A stretch of 64,000 nucleotides of DNA, taken from positions 27,707-91,706 of the forward strand of contig CAVRMH010000038.1 in NCBI GenBank assembly GCA_963721775.1, given 5' to 3'. The notes under the pieces were generated by a model. It searched no databases. It saw nothing but the letters and a program-made list of their open reading frames with translations, and had not been told where the DNA came from. The DNA comes from an uncultured Actinomycetota bacterium (lineage in GTDB: Bacteria; Actinomycetota; Actinomycetes; Propionibacteriales; Nocardioidaceae). This document shows positions 10,175 through 19,148 of the stretch, in pieces (the first letter of the stretch is position 1; each line of letters starts with the position of its first letter). The translations under genes and the position numbers were made by a program.

Positions 10175-11185
10175 ATGAAGGCAGCCGTCGTACCGTCGCT
10201 CGGAGCACCGTTGGAGATCCGGGAGGTGGACGTCCCGACGCCGGGTCACGGCCAGGTCCTGGTCAAGATCGAGGCCTCCGGCCTGTGCCACACCGACATC
10301 CACGCCGCCAGGGGTGACTGGCCGGTGAAGCCGAAGCCGCTGCTCATCCCCGGCCACGAAGGCGTCGGGCGGATCGTCGAGGTCGGCCCCGGCGACACCG
10401 ACCTGGAGGTCGGCGACCGGGTCGCGCTGCCCTGGCTCGGCCTGGCCTGCGGCCACTGCCGCTACTGCGTGGACGGCTGGGAGACCTACTGCCAGTCGCC
10501 GCAGTACATGGGCTACACGATCGACGGCAGCTACGCCGACTACGCGATCGGCTACGCCAGCCACGTCGTCCGGGTGCCGGACAGCGTGTCCTCGCTCGAC
10601 GCCGCGCCGATCACCTGCGCCGGCGTCACGACGTACAAGGCACTCAAGGTCGCCCGTCCGCAGCCGACCGAGACCGCGATGATCGTCGGCATCGGCGGCC
10701 TGGGGCACCTGGCCCTGCAGTACGCCGGGATCTTCGGCACCACCACCGTCGCGGTGGACGTCGGTGACGACAAGCTGCAGCTGGCCAAGGACCTCGGCGC
10801 CGACTACGTGGTCGACGCCCGCGGCGACCAGGCCGGGGAGCTGGCCGCACTCGGCGGGGTCGACGTCGCCGTGGTGACCGTCCCCTCGCCGGAGGCCATG
10901 CGGGCGGCGCACGCGGCACTGAACCCCAACGGCCGCCTGGTGATCGTCGGGCTCCCCGCCGACAACCGGCTCGAGCTGCCGGTCTTCGAGACCGTGCTCA
11001 AGGGGATCTCCGTGACCGGCTCGCTGGTCGGCACCCGCAACGACCTGGCCGAGTGCTTCGACCTGCACGCCCGCGGGCGCACCCGGGTGGTCGCGGAGAC
11101 CCGTCGCCTCGAGGACGTCAACGACTGCTTCGAGGAGGTCCTGGCCGGGCGCGTGCCGGCCCGGCTGGTCTTCGACATGAGCTGA
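10175..11185 (+). CDS. adhP: Zinc-dependent alcohol dehydrogenase AdhP
   Basis: GLCHTD, PGHEGVG, CGHCRYC..C structural Zn site, CAGVTTYKA, GIGGLG; GAGGAG RBS. Confidence 0.92.
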   Translation: MKAAVVPSLGAPLEIREVDVPTPGHGQVLVKIEASGLCHTDIHAARGDWPVKPKPLLIPGHEGVGRIVEVGPGDTDLEVGDRVALPWLGLACGHCRYCVDGWETYCQSPQYMGYTIDGSYADYAIGYASHVVRVPDSVSSLDAAPITCAGVTTYKALKVARPQPTETAMIVGIGGLGHLALQYAGIFGTTTVAVDVGDDKLQLAKDLGADYVVDARGDQAGELAALGGVDVAVVTVPSPEAMRAAHAALNPNGRLVIVGLPADNRLELPVFETVLKGISVTGSLVGTRNDLAECFDLHARGRTRVVAETRRLEDVNDCFEEVLAGRVPARLVFDMS

Positions 11186-11186
11186 G

Positions 11187-11447
11187 TCAGGAGGGTTCGG
11201 CCCCGTCCGGGCCTTCCGCCGTCGCGTCACCCGTGGGGCCGTGGTCCTGCTGCGCCTTGCGGGTGGCGTCGCGGATCTCGAACAGCTCGGTGCCGAGGTT
11301 GCCGGCGGCACGCGCGATGTCGCCGACCGCCCGGGTGATGATCGTGGCGACCTGCTCGACGGTGTGGATGCCGGCCTGCAGGGCGTCCTGGGCGGCGTCC
11401 TTGCGGATCTCGCCCCGGCTGATGTGGTCGCGCTCGTCGGGTGTCAT
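11187..11447 (-). CDS. Small hypothetical protein (amphipathic helix)
   Basis: 86-aa ORF with GC3-rich codons (MTPDERDHISRGEIRKDAAQDA...GTELFEIRDA). Confidence 0.6.
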   Translation of the reverse strand: MTPDERDHISRGEIRKDAAQDALQAGIHTVEQVATIITRAVGDIARAAGNLGTELFEIRDATRKAQQDHGPTGDATAEGPDGAEPS

Positions 11448-11579
11448 GGTGCCCCCAGTCTCAGGCAGCCGTGGGCTCGGCGACAACCTCGGGGCGGCCG
11501 CCGTACGGGGTGAGGCTCATCGGCGGGGTCCTTCAGTGAGCGTCCGCACACGGAAACCCAGCCGCCTAGACTGCTCGCC

Positions 11580-12221
11580 GTGTCGACCTCGCCGATCCCG
11601 GAGTCCCGCCAGGAGCGCAAGGAGCGCACCCGGAGGGCCATCCTGGACGCGGCGCTCGACCTGCTCGCCGAGGAGAGCTTCGGCTCCCTCTCGCTGCGCC
11701 AGCTCACCAAGGCGGTCGGCATCGTGCCGACCGCGTTCTACCGGCACTTCGCCACCCTCGACGAGCTCGGACTGACCCTGGTCGACGAGTCCTTCGTGAC
11801 GCTGCGTCAGATGATCCGGGACGTACGTCGTGACGCGCCCCCGCCGAACGAGCTGATCGACCGTTCGATCGACGTGCTCTCCGCGCAGCTCGACGCCCAC
11901 ATGGCGCACTTCCGCTTCATCGGCCGGGAGCGGTACGGCGGTGTGACGATCGTGCGCGACGCGATCACCCGCGAGCTGCGGTTCTTCGAGCAGGAGCTGG
12001 CCACCGACCTGGCCCGGATGCCCGGCCTCGAGCGGTGGGGCGCGGAGGACCTGCGGCTGCTGGCCGGCCTCTTCGTCAACCTGATGGTCTCCGCCGGCGG
12101 CGACATGGTCAGCCCGGAGGCCGAGGACCCTGCCGTACGTCGCGCCATGGAGCGGACGCTGCGGCACCAGGCCCGGATGATCGTGGTCGGCGCGGCCGGC
12201 TGGGAGCCGCTCGAGCGCTGA
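11580..12221 (+). CDS. TetR family regulator, FabR/DesT-like; probably leaderless
   Basis: SLSLRQLTKAVGIVPTAFYRHF HTH signature; FRFIGRERYGG; TAGACT -10 at 11567-11572 just before GTG. Confidence 0.85.
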   Translation: MSTSPIPESRQERKERTRRAILDAALDLLAEESFGSLSLRQLTKAVGIVPTAFYRHFATLDELGLTLVDESFVTLRQMIRDVRRDAPPPNELIDRSIDVLSAQLDAHMAHFRFIGRERYGGVTIVRDAITRELRFFEQELATDLARMPGLERWGAEDLRLLAGLFVNLMVSAGGDMVSPEAEDPAVRRAMERTLRHQARMIVVGAAGWEPLER

Positions 12222-12281
12222 GTCGGCGTCAGTCAGCGACAGCTCGGCGCGAGCCGGCGTCAGTCTGCGACAGGTCGGCGG
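12220..12281. repeat. Two imperfect 31-bp direct repeats between convergent genes
   Basis: GAGTCGGCGTCAGTCAGCGACAGCTCGGCGC / GAGCCGGCGTCAGTCTGCGACAGGTCGGCGG. Confidence 0.75.
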
Positions 12282-13478
12282 TCAGCGGCGCGGGAGCAGG
12301 ATCTCGAGACCCCGCTCGGCCATCAGGTCGCCGTTGATCCGGCCACCCATCGCCTCGGTGACCGAGAGCGCGCGGTCGAGCGCGTGCGCGTCGCCTCCGT
12401 GCGAGGCGGCGTCGGCGCCGGTGACACGGATCCGCACGTAGTTGCCCTGCCCGGAGAACCGCAGCGACACCTCGCGCGGGTCGAGCGCGACCACGTCGAC
12501 CAGCAGGTGGTCGAGCAGCTGCTCCACCGGGCCGGGGGTGAGCTGCTCGTCGGCGCCGTCGTCGACGTACACCCGGACCGAGGTCTCCTCGGCGACGCCC
12601 TCGCGCCAGCGGTGCCCGATCTGGGTGGCCAGCGACTGCAGGTCGATCTCCGCGCCGGCCACCAGGGGGCGGTTGCGCGACTCGGCCAGCAGCTGGTCGA
12701 CGACCCCGTTGAGCCGCTCCATCTCCGAGGCCGAGTGCAGCACCGCCTTGCGGGCGTCGTCGTCGAGCCCGGGGCGCAGGGCGAGCTCCTCGAGCTCGAG
12801 CCGGCAGCCGGCGATGGGGGTGCGCAGCACGTGCGAGGCGTGCTGGAGGAACTCCCGGTCGCGACGGATGGAGTGCTTGAGCTGGGCGGCACTGCGCACC
12901 AGCGCGCCGCTGATCGCGGTGACCTCGGGGATGGTGGAGTGCGGCAGGTCGAGGTCGAAGCGGCCCCGGCCGAGCGCACCGGCCGCCTCGGCGAGCTTGC
13001 GGAACGGCGCGGCCAGGATGCTCGCGGCGACCAGGCCGAAGACGCCGGCCAGCAGGCACAGCCCGACCATGAGGACGATGAGGGATCCGAGGTTGCGGCC
13101 GATCAGGTCGCCGAGCACGTCGGAGGACTGGGTGACGGTCACCGTGCCGCCGTTGTCGACGGCCGAGCTGGCGGTGATGGCGCCCTCACCGTCGGAGACC
13201 TGGTAGCCGGCGCCGCTGGCGACGACGTTCTCGGCGCCGTCCTCGTACACCACCTGCGAGTCGGCGGTGACGAGGTCGTCGAGGAAGGCCTGGTCCACCG
13301 GGCGCCCGGCGGCGATCCGGTCGGAGACGCGCAGCGCGATCACGCGGGCGTCCTGCCGCAGGTGGGTGGACTCCTGCTCCTGGACGGTGTCGCGGATCGA
13401 CAGGGCCCGGACGACACCCATGGAGACGAGGAGCACCATGGCCATGAGGACGAAGGCGGCGGCGAGCCGCCTACGCAT
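12282..13478 (-). CDS. Membrane sensor histidine kinase-like protein (2 TM, HAMP, HisKA) with degenerate HATPase domain
   Basis: Two TM segments, HAMP (PFRKLAEAAGALGRG), ASHVLRTP H-box; N, G1 and G2 boxes not recognisable. Confidence 0.85.
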   Translation of the reverse strand: MRRRLAAAFVLMAMVLLVSMGVVRALSIRDTVQEQESTHLRQDARVIALRVSDRIAAGRPVDQAFLDDLVTADSQVVYEDGAENVVASGAGYQVSDGEGAITASSAVDNGGTVTVTQSSDVLGDLIGRNLGSLIVLMVGLCLLAGVFGLVAASILAAPFRKLAEAAGALGRGRFDLDLPHSTIPEVTAISGALVRSAAQLKHSIRRDREFLQHASHVLRTPIAGCRLELEELALRPGLDDDARKAVLHSASEMERLNGVVDQLLAESRNRPLVAGAEIDLQSLATQIGHRWREGVAEETSVRVYVDDGADEQLTPGPVEQLLDHLLVDVVALDPREVSLRFSGQGNYVRIRVTGADAASHGGDAHALDRALSVTEAMGGRINGDLMAERGLEILLPRR

Positions 13479-14169
13479 GACCCGCGCCTTCCAGCCGGAA
13501 CCCCACCCCGCGGACGGCGACGACGCGGTCGGCGACGCCGGCGTCCTCGAGCTTCTGGCGGAGCCGGCCGATGGTCACGTCGAGGGTCTTGGTGGAGCCG
13601 TACCAGTTCTCGTCCCAGACCTCGGACATGAGGTGGTCGCGGGCGACCACGTTGTCGCGGTGCTCGGCGAGCAGGGCGAGTACGTCGAACTCCTTGGCGG
13701 TGAGCAGCACCTCGTCCGGACCCGAGAAGACCCGGCGGGCGCCGGTGTCGATGCGGAGGCCGTCGGTGGACTCCGGCGCGGCCGAGCCCTGGGCGGGCAG
13801 CCCGCCGCTGCGCCGCAGCAGGGCGCGGACCCGGGCCTGCAGCTCGGCGAGGCCGAACGGCTTGGCGAGGTAGTCGTCGGCGCCGTAGTCGAGGCCGACC
13901 ACCCGGTCGAGCTCGTCGCCGCGCGCGGTCACGATCATGATGCCGCCGCCGAAGCCGGCGGTCCGGGCGGCACGGCACACGTCGAGGCCGTCCATGTCGG
14001 GCAGGCCGAGGTCGAGGATGACCACGTCCGTCGGGGTCGCCTCGAGGTGGTCGAGCCCGCCCCGGCCGGTGTCGACCCACGCGACCGTGTAGCCCTCGCG
14101 CTCGAGCGTGCGCACGAGCGGGAAGGCGATGTCCTCTTCGTCCTCGACGACAAGTACGTGATGGGTCAC
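13471..14169 (-). CDS. OmpR/PhoB family response regulator
   Basis: VLVVEDE, ILDLGLPDMDG, VTAR, GADDYLAKPF, LTAKEFDVL, VRGVGFRL. Confidence 0.93.
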   Translation of the reverse strand: MTHHVLVVEDEEDIAFPLVRTLEREGYTVAWVDTGRGGLDHLEATPTDVVILDLGLPDMDGLDVCRAARTAGFGGGIMIVTARGDELDRVVGLDYGADDYLAKPFGLAELQARVRALLRRSGGLPAQGSAAPESTDGLRIDTGARRVFSGPDEVLLTAKEFDVLALLAEHRDNVVARDHLMSEVWDENWYGSTKTLDVTIGRLRQKLEDAGVADRVVAVRGVGFRLEGAGHA

Positions 14170-14246
14170 GGCGTCGAGCATAAGGCTCGGAGCCTCTGCC
14201 TCGTGGGTCATCGGCGGACCTCGTGGGGGGTGGTTTTCACGGTGGA

Positions 14247-14873
14247 TCAGACCCCGGTCCGTGGGGAGTCGGCCCGGTAGCGCCGCTGCGCGGGCACGTC
14301 GGGACCCGTGGCGCGCGCGGATTCGGTCGGAGCGACTGCGAAGGAAGAGGTGCCCCGTCGGTGGCGTCGCCGGTGCAGCTCCGCCGCGGAGACCAGCGCG
14401 ATGATCGCCGCCGGCACGCCGATGAGCGCGACCCGGGTCGGCCCGTCGTCGAGGCCGAGCATGAGGTAGCCGGCGCCGGGGACGGCGTACCGCACCCGCT
14501 GCTGGTCGCCGGTCAGCCGGACCGTCCACGGGTCCGGGTCGCCGGCCGCGTCGCCGGCGGTCCGCACGCCCGCGCCGTCGATCGCGACGATGCGGCGCGT
14601 CACGTCGGTCGTGAGGTCACTGCCGGCGGGCGGCGCGAAGGTGATGACGTCGCCCACCCGGAGGTCGGCGACGGACACCGTCTCGGAGTAGAGGAGCGTG
14701 CCCTGGCCGTAGGTGCCGTCCATCGCGTTGTCGCGCACCACGTGGCGCTGCAGGCCGAGGAGCGACGGCACGAGGAGGGCCAGGGACGCGAGGATCACGA
14801 AGACGCACAGGGCGTCGACCAGCCGGCTGCGCCCACGGGGCCGCCGGGTCCGTGCACCGAGGCTGATCTCCAC
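14247..14873 (-). CDS. Signal peptidase I (S26B/SipW)-like membrane protein with catalytic residues substituted
   Basis: TM-LLGLQRHVVRDNAMDGT..DLRVGDVITF..VTRRIV..TAGDA..DPW..VPGAG-TM aligns by eye to SipW boxes B-E. Confidence 0.75.
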   Translation of the reverse strand: MEISLGARTRRPRGRSRLVDALCVFVILASLALLVPSLLGLQRHVVRDNAMDGTYGQGTLLYSETVSVADLRVGDVITFAPPAGSDLTTDVTRRIVAIDGAGVRTAGDAAGDPDPWTVRLTGDQQRVRYAVPGAGYLMLGLDDGPTRVALIGVPAAIIALVSAAELHRRRHRRGTSSFAVAPTESARATGPDVPAQRRYRADSPRTGV

Positions 14874-14901
14874 AGAATCGCTCCAAGCTTTCGTCGTGGG
14901 C

Positions 14902-15090
14902 GGAGAAGGCCCGCTCGATGCCCTTGTGGGATGGCATCGAGCGGGCGGTCCTCCCCCTGTCCCCCCGGACCCGGGAGCGATCGGCGGTGGCCGACCCTCT
15001 CCCGGAAAGCGCCTCGGTGCCGACCCCCACCGGCACCGAGGCTGTGAAACGTTCCGCTGTCGCCTCCATCGGGTCAACGCCCGATCGGTG
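14902..15090 (-). ncRNA. Candidate structured leader or sRNA with 4-5 consecutive hairpins
   Basis: 14-bp stem 14909-14946; GGTCC/GGACC stem around a C-rich loop; stem 14971-15005; 12-bp stem 15011-15042; 6-bp stem 15068-15085; minus-strand TAGCGT -10 near 15103-15108. Confidence 0.4.
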
Positions 15091-15188
15091 ACTGTGAGGA
15101 CAACGCTAGGAGGCCTCCGCCCACACCCGATCCACACGACTCCCAGACTTTGGTAACAGTCGCTTCCGTGATCTCGGTAACGCAGGAG

Positions 15189-16098
15189 TCACGCGTGGGG
15201 AAGGAACAGGTCCCCCTGCTCGGCGACCCGTTCGAGGACCTCCTCGAAGCGGCACTGCTCCATCTCCAGCGGGTCGTCGGCGCCCGCCTCGACCTCGGCC
15301 CAGGTGCGGGGCGTCGCGACGTACGGCTTGTCGCGGCCGCGCAGGGAGTACGGCGAGATCGTGGTCTTGGAGCCGGCGTTCTGGGACCAGTCGAGGAAGA
15401 CCTTGCCGGAGCGGCGGGACTTGGTCATCGTCGCGGTGACGGCCGCGGGGTGCTCGGCCTGCAGCTCCTCGGCGATCTCCTTCGCCAGCGCCGTGGTGCC
15501 GTCCGGGTCGAGCTTGCCCGGGAGGGCGGCGTACAGGTGGAGGCCCTTGCTGCCGCTGGTGACCGGGCTGGCGTCGAGGCCGCGCTCGGCCAGCTTCGCG
15601 CGGACCAGCAGCGCGACCTCGCAGCACTCCCCCAGCCCGGCCGGCTCGCCCGGGTCGAGGTCGATGACCAGCCGGTTCGGGTTCCGGACCCGGCCGGTCT
15701 TCGTCACCGTCCACTGGTGGACGTGCAGCTCCAGGCTGGCCAGGTTGACCAGGTAGGTCAGCGCCGCCACCCCGTCGATGATCGGGAAGACGAGGGTGTC
15801 GCCGTTGCGGGAGCTGCCCGCGCGACCCGGTCGTGGACACCTCGGCCGTGCGCAGCCAGCTCGGCGCCCCGGCCGGCACGTTCTTCTCGAAGAACGACGC
15901 CTCCTGGACGCCGTGCGGCCACCGGATCCGGGTGACCGCCCGGTCGGCGAGGTGCGGCAGCAGCACCGGCGAGACCCGGGCGTAGTAGTCGAGGACCTCG
16001 CCCTTGGTGGTCCCGGTCGCCGGGTAGAGCACCTTCTCGAGGTTGCTGATCTTGAGCGTGCGGCCCTCGATCTCCGCCCGGATCTCGCTCCCCGCCAT
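15189..16098 (-). CDS. ligD: NHEJ LigD polymerase/primase domain (stand-alone); frameshift near 15820
   Basis: SNLEKVLYP, RWPHGV..FFEKN, LELHV, DLDP, TSGSKGLH, KVFLDWSQN..KTTISPYSLR. Confidence 0.9.
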
Positions 16099-16106
16099 GC
16101 CGTCCC

Positions 16107-16806
16107 CTAGCGGCCGATCGCGATCAGCGGCACGAGGTGCGGGTCGAGCTTGGCCATCAGCGCGCGGAGGAACCAGCGCGGGGCGCTGACGCAGCCGGCG
16201 GTGGCGCCGCTGCCGTTGACGTGCAGGAAGATCCCGGACCCGCGGTAGCGCACCTGGGCGGCGTAGTTGTAGCTGGTGACGATGGAGTACTCGTACTGCC
16301 TGGGGTAGTCCTTGAGCCGCTCGGAGGAGTTCACGTTGCTGCTGGCCAGCCACCACCGGAAGCCGCCCTGGCTGCGGTTGCGGTAGCGGTTGTAGTAGCG
16401 CGACTGGTTGTCCTGCACCCAGAAGTCCCCGGTCCGGATCTTGCGGTGCGACAGGTCCCAGTAGGACAGCTTGGCGTGGGTGCCGAACGACGACAGCAGC
16501 CGGTAGGTGCCGAGCGGCGTCGTGCCGGTCCCCTGCTCACGGCGGTCGCCGGCGACCAGGCCGCCGTACCCGGTGCGGCCGGTGGCGCGCTCGATCGCGC
16601 GACCAGTGGCCGTCCTTCTTGCGCCACAGCGTGACCCGGGCGTAGGTGCCGCTGGTGTGGTTGACGGTGACGACCTGGCGGGTGCCGTCGCGCAGGCGGA
16701 CGGACACGCCGTCCAGGGTGATGGTGGCGGCGTCCGCGGCGGGCGCGGGCGCGAGCAGGAGCCCGGCCAGCAGGAGCTGGCAGGCGACGAGGCAACGGAT
16801 GATCAC
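16107..16806 (-). CDS. Secreted L,D-transpeptidase family (YkuD-like) protein; frameshift near 16600
   Basis: Signal peptide; GTTPLGTY; GSGIFLHVNGSGATAGCVS (Hx9GC catalytic motif); GTGA overlap with the ligase stop. Confidence 0.8.
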
Positions 16807-17746
16807 GACTGGTCCTCCCCGAGCAGGTCGATGGGTGTGAGGTCGGTGCGCAGGCCACGGTACGACGGTTGGCGGAGGCGGCCCTGGGCGCCCAGCCCCA
16901 GGGACTCGACGTCGACGACCAGACGGGGCTCCACCCAGTGCGTGCCGAGCGCGTCCTCGCGGGGCACCTCGTCGGTGAACGGGCAGGCGTCGGTGGCGAT
17001 CGGGTCGAGCAGCTCGCGCAGCAGCGGCCCGACCTTGCCGGCGATGCCGCTGCCGACCCGGCCGCGGTAGAGCAGCCCGTCGGCGGTCGGCTCGCCGACC
17101 AGCAGGGCGCCCAGCCGGGTCGCCGAGCCGGTCTCGGGCCGCCAGCCGCCGACCACCCAGGAGGTACGCCGCCGGTGCGGGAACTTCAGCCAGTGCCGGC
17201 TCCGCACGCCGGGCTCGTAGCGCGAGTCGAGCCGCTTGCTCACCACGCCCTCGAGCCCCTGCTGGTCGGTCGCCTCGAGCAGCATCAGCCCGTCGTCGTA
17301 CGTCGGCGGGCACCTGCCACCAGACGTCGCCGAGGTCGAGGGACTCCAGCAGGGCGCGGCGGTTGCGCGAGCGGCTCGCGCAGGAGGTCGCGGCCGTCGA
17401 GGCGGAGCAGGTCGAAGACGAGGTAGGTCACCGGGCGGGCCTCGGCGAGCGCGGCGGCGCGGCGGGCGTTGCGGACGTGCATCCGCTCGGCCAGCGCGCC
17501 GAAGCTGGGCAGCCCGCCGTCGAAGACCACGACCTCGCCGTCGAGCAGGACGTCGCGGCCGGGCAGCTCGGCCAGCTCCGGGTAGGACGCGGAGACGTCG
17601 TTCTCGTTGCGGCTGGTCAGCCGGACGCCGCCGCCGGCCCCACGCCGTACGTCGGCCAGGATGCGCATGCCGTCCCACTTGATCTCGTGGGACCACTCGG
17701 CACCGGTCGGCACGTGGGTGCCACGGGTGGCGAGCATCGGGCGCAT
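16803..17746 (-). CDS. ligD: NHEJ ATP-dependent DNA ligase domain (stand-alone LigD ligase); frameshift near 17320-17365
   Basis: MRPMLAT, HEIKWDGMR (KxDG), LDGEVV, FDLL, EGVVSKR, WLKF, GRVGSG, LRQPSYRGLR. Confidence 0.9.
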
Positions 17747-17832
17747 GGGGGACATCCTGACGCATCCCGCGAGCGCGACGCTTCGGCCGACCTTGGCGCG
17801 CGACCTACCGCCGGGTAGGGAAGGATGCCGCC

Positions 17833-19148
17833 ATGGCAGCACCGAACGACGCCGCGACGTACGCCGTGATCGGCGCCGGGCCCTCGGGCCTGGCCGCGGC
17901 CCGCAACCTCCAGCGGTACGGCATCCCGTGGTCCGGCTACGAGCTGGCCGACGACGTCGGCGGGCTCTGGAACATCGACGGTCCCCGGAGCACGGTCTAC
18001 GACTCCGCGCACCTGATCTCCTCGCGCACGACCACCCAGTTCACCGAGTTCCCGATGAAGGACGGCGTCGCGGACTACCCCTCCCACCGCGAGCTGCTGG
18101 GCTACTTCCACGACTTCGCCGTCGGCGTACGACCTGCGGCCGGGGTACGCGTTCGGCACCGAGGTGACCCGGGTCGAGCGCGGCGCGAGCGGGTCCTGGG
18201 AGGTCACCGCGGACGGTCCCGGCGGGCGGCGTACGACGCAGCACGCCGGCGTGATCGTCGCCAACGGCACGCTCTCCGAGCCGGTGGTGCCGACCTTCGC
18301 CGGCTCGTTCGACGGCGAGCTCTTCCACACCAGCGCCTACAAGCGGGCCGAGGTGTTCGCCGGCAAGCGGGTGCTGATCATCGGCGCCGGCAACTCCGGC
18401 TGCGACATCGCCGTCGACGCGGTGCACCACGCCGCCGTCGGTCGACATCAGCGTGCGGCGCGGCTACCACTTCGTGCCGAAGTACCTCTTCGGCAGGCCG
18501 GCCGACACCCTCAACCAGGGCCGGCCGCTGCCGCCGCGGATCAAGCAGGCCGTCGACAGCCGGGTGCTGCGGATGTTCACCGGGGACCCGACCCGCTTCG
18601 GCTTCCCCGAGCCCGACCACAAGATCTACGAGTCGCACCCGATCGTGAACTCGCTGATCCTGCACCACCTCGGCCACGGCGACATCCGGGTCAAGCGCGA
18701 CATCGAGCGCTTCGACGGCGACGGCGTGGTCTTCGCCGACGGCGACGCGCGAGCGAGTACGACGTGATCGTGCTGGCCACCGGCTACCGGCTGCACTACC
18801 CGTTCGTCGACCGGACGCTGCTGAACTGGGACGGGATGGCCCCGGACCTCTACCTCAACATCTTCACCGCCGACCCGGACCTCTTCGTGCTCGGCATGAT
18901 CGAGGCCTCCGGCATCGGCTGGCAGGGCCGCTACGAGCAGGCCGAGCTGGTCGCGTCGTACCTCACGCGCCCGCACCACCGCCCCGGACCGGGCGGCGGC
19001 GTTCGAGCGGCGGGTGGCCGGGCCGCGGCCGGACCTCTCGGGCGGCTACCACTACCTCGGGCTGGAACGCATGTCCTACTACGTCAACAAGGACGCCTAC
19101 CGCCGGGCGGTGCGCGCCGAGATCGAGGAGCTGGGGGTGCGCCCGTGA
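17833..19148 (+). CDS. Flavin-containing monooxygenase; several frameshifts
   Basis: IGAGPSGL, VGGLW, FDGELFHTSAYK (FMO fingerprint), IGAGNSGCDIA, LATGY. Confidence 0.87.

Noticed and set aside
14902-15090. Naming the hairpin region as a known riboswitch (c-di-GMP, c-di-AMP, cobalamin)
   Set aside because: I could not find the diagnostic conserved nucleotides by eye, so it is left as an unassigned candidate RNA.
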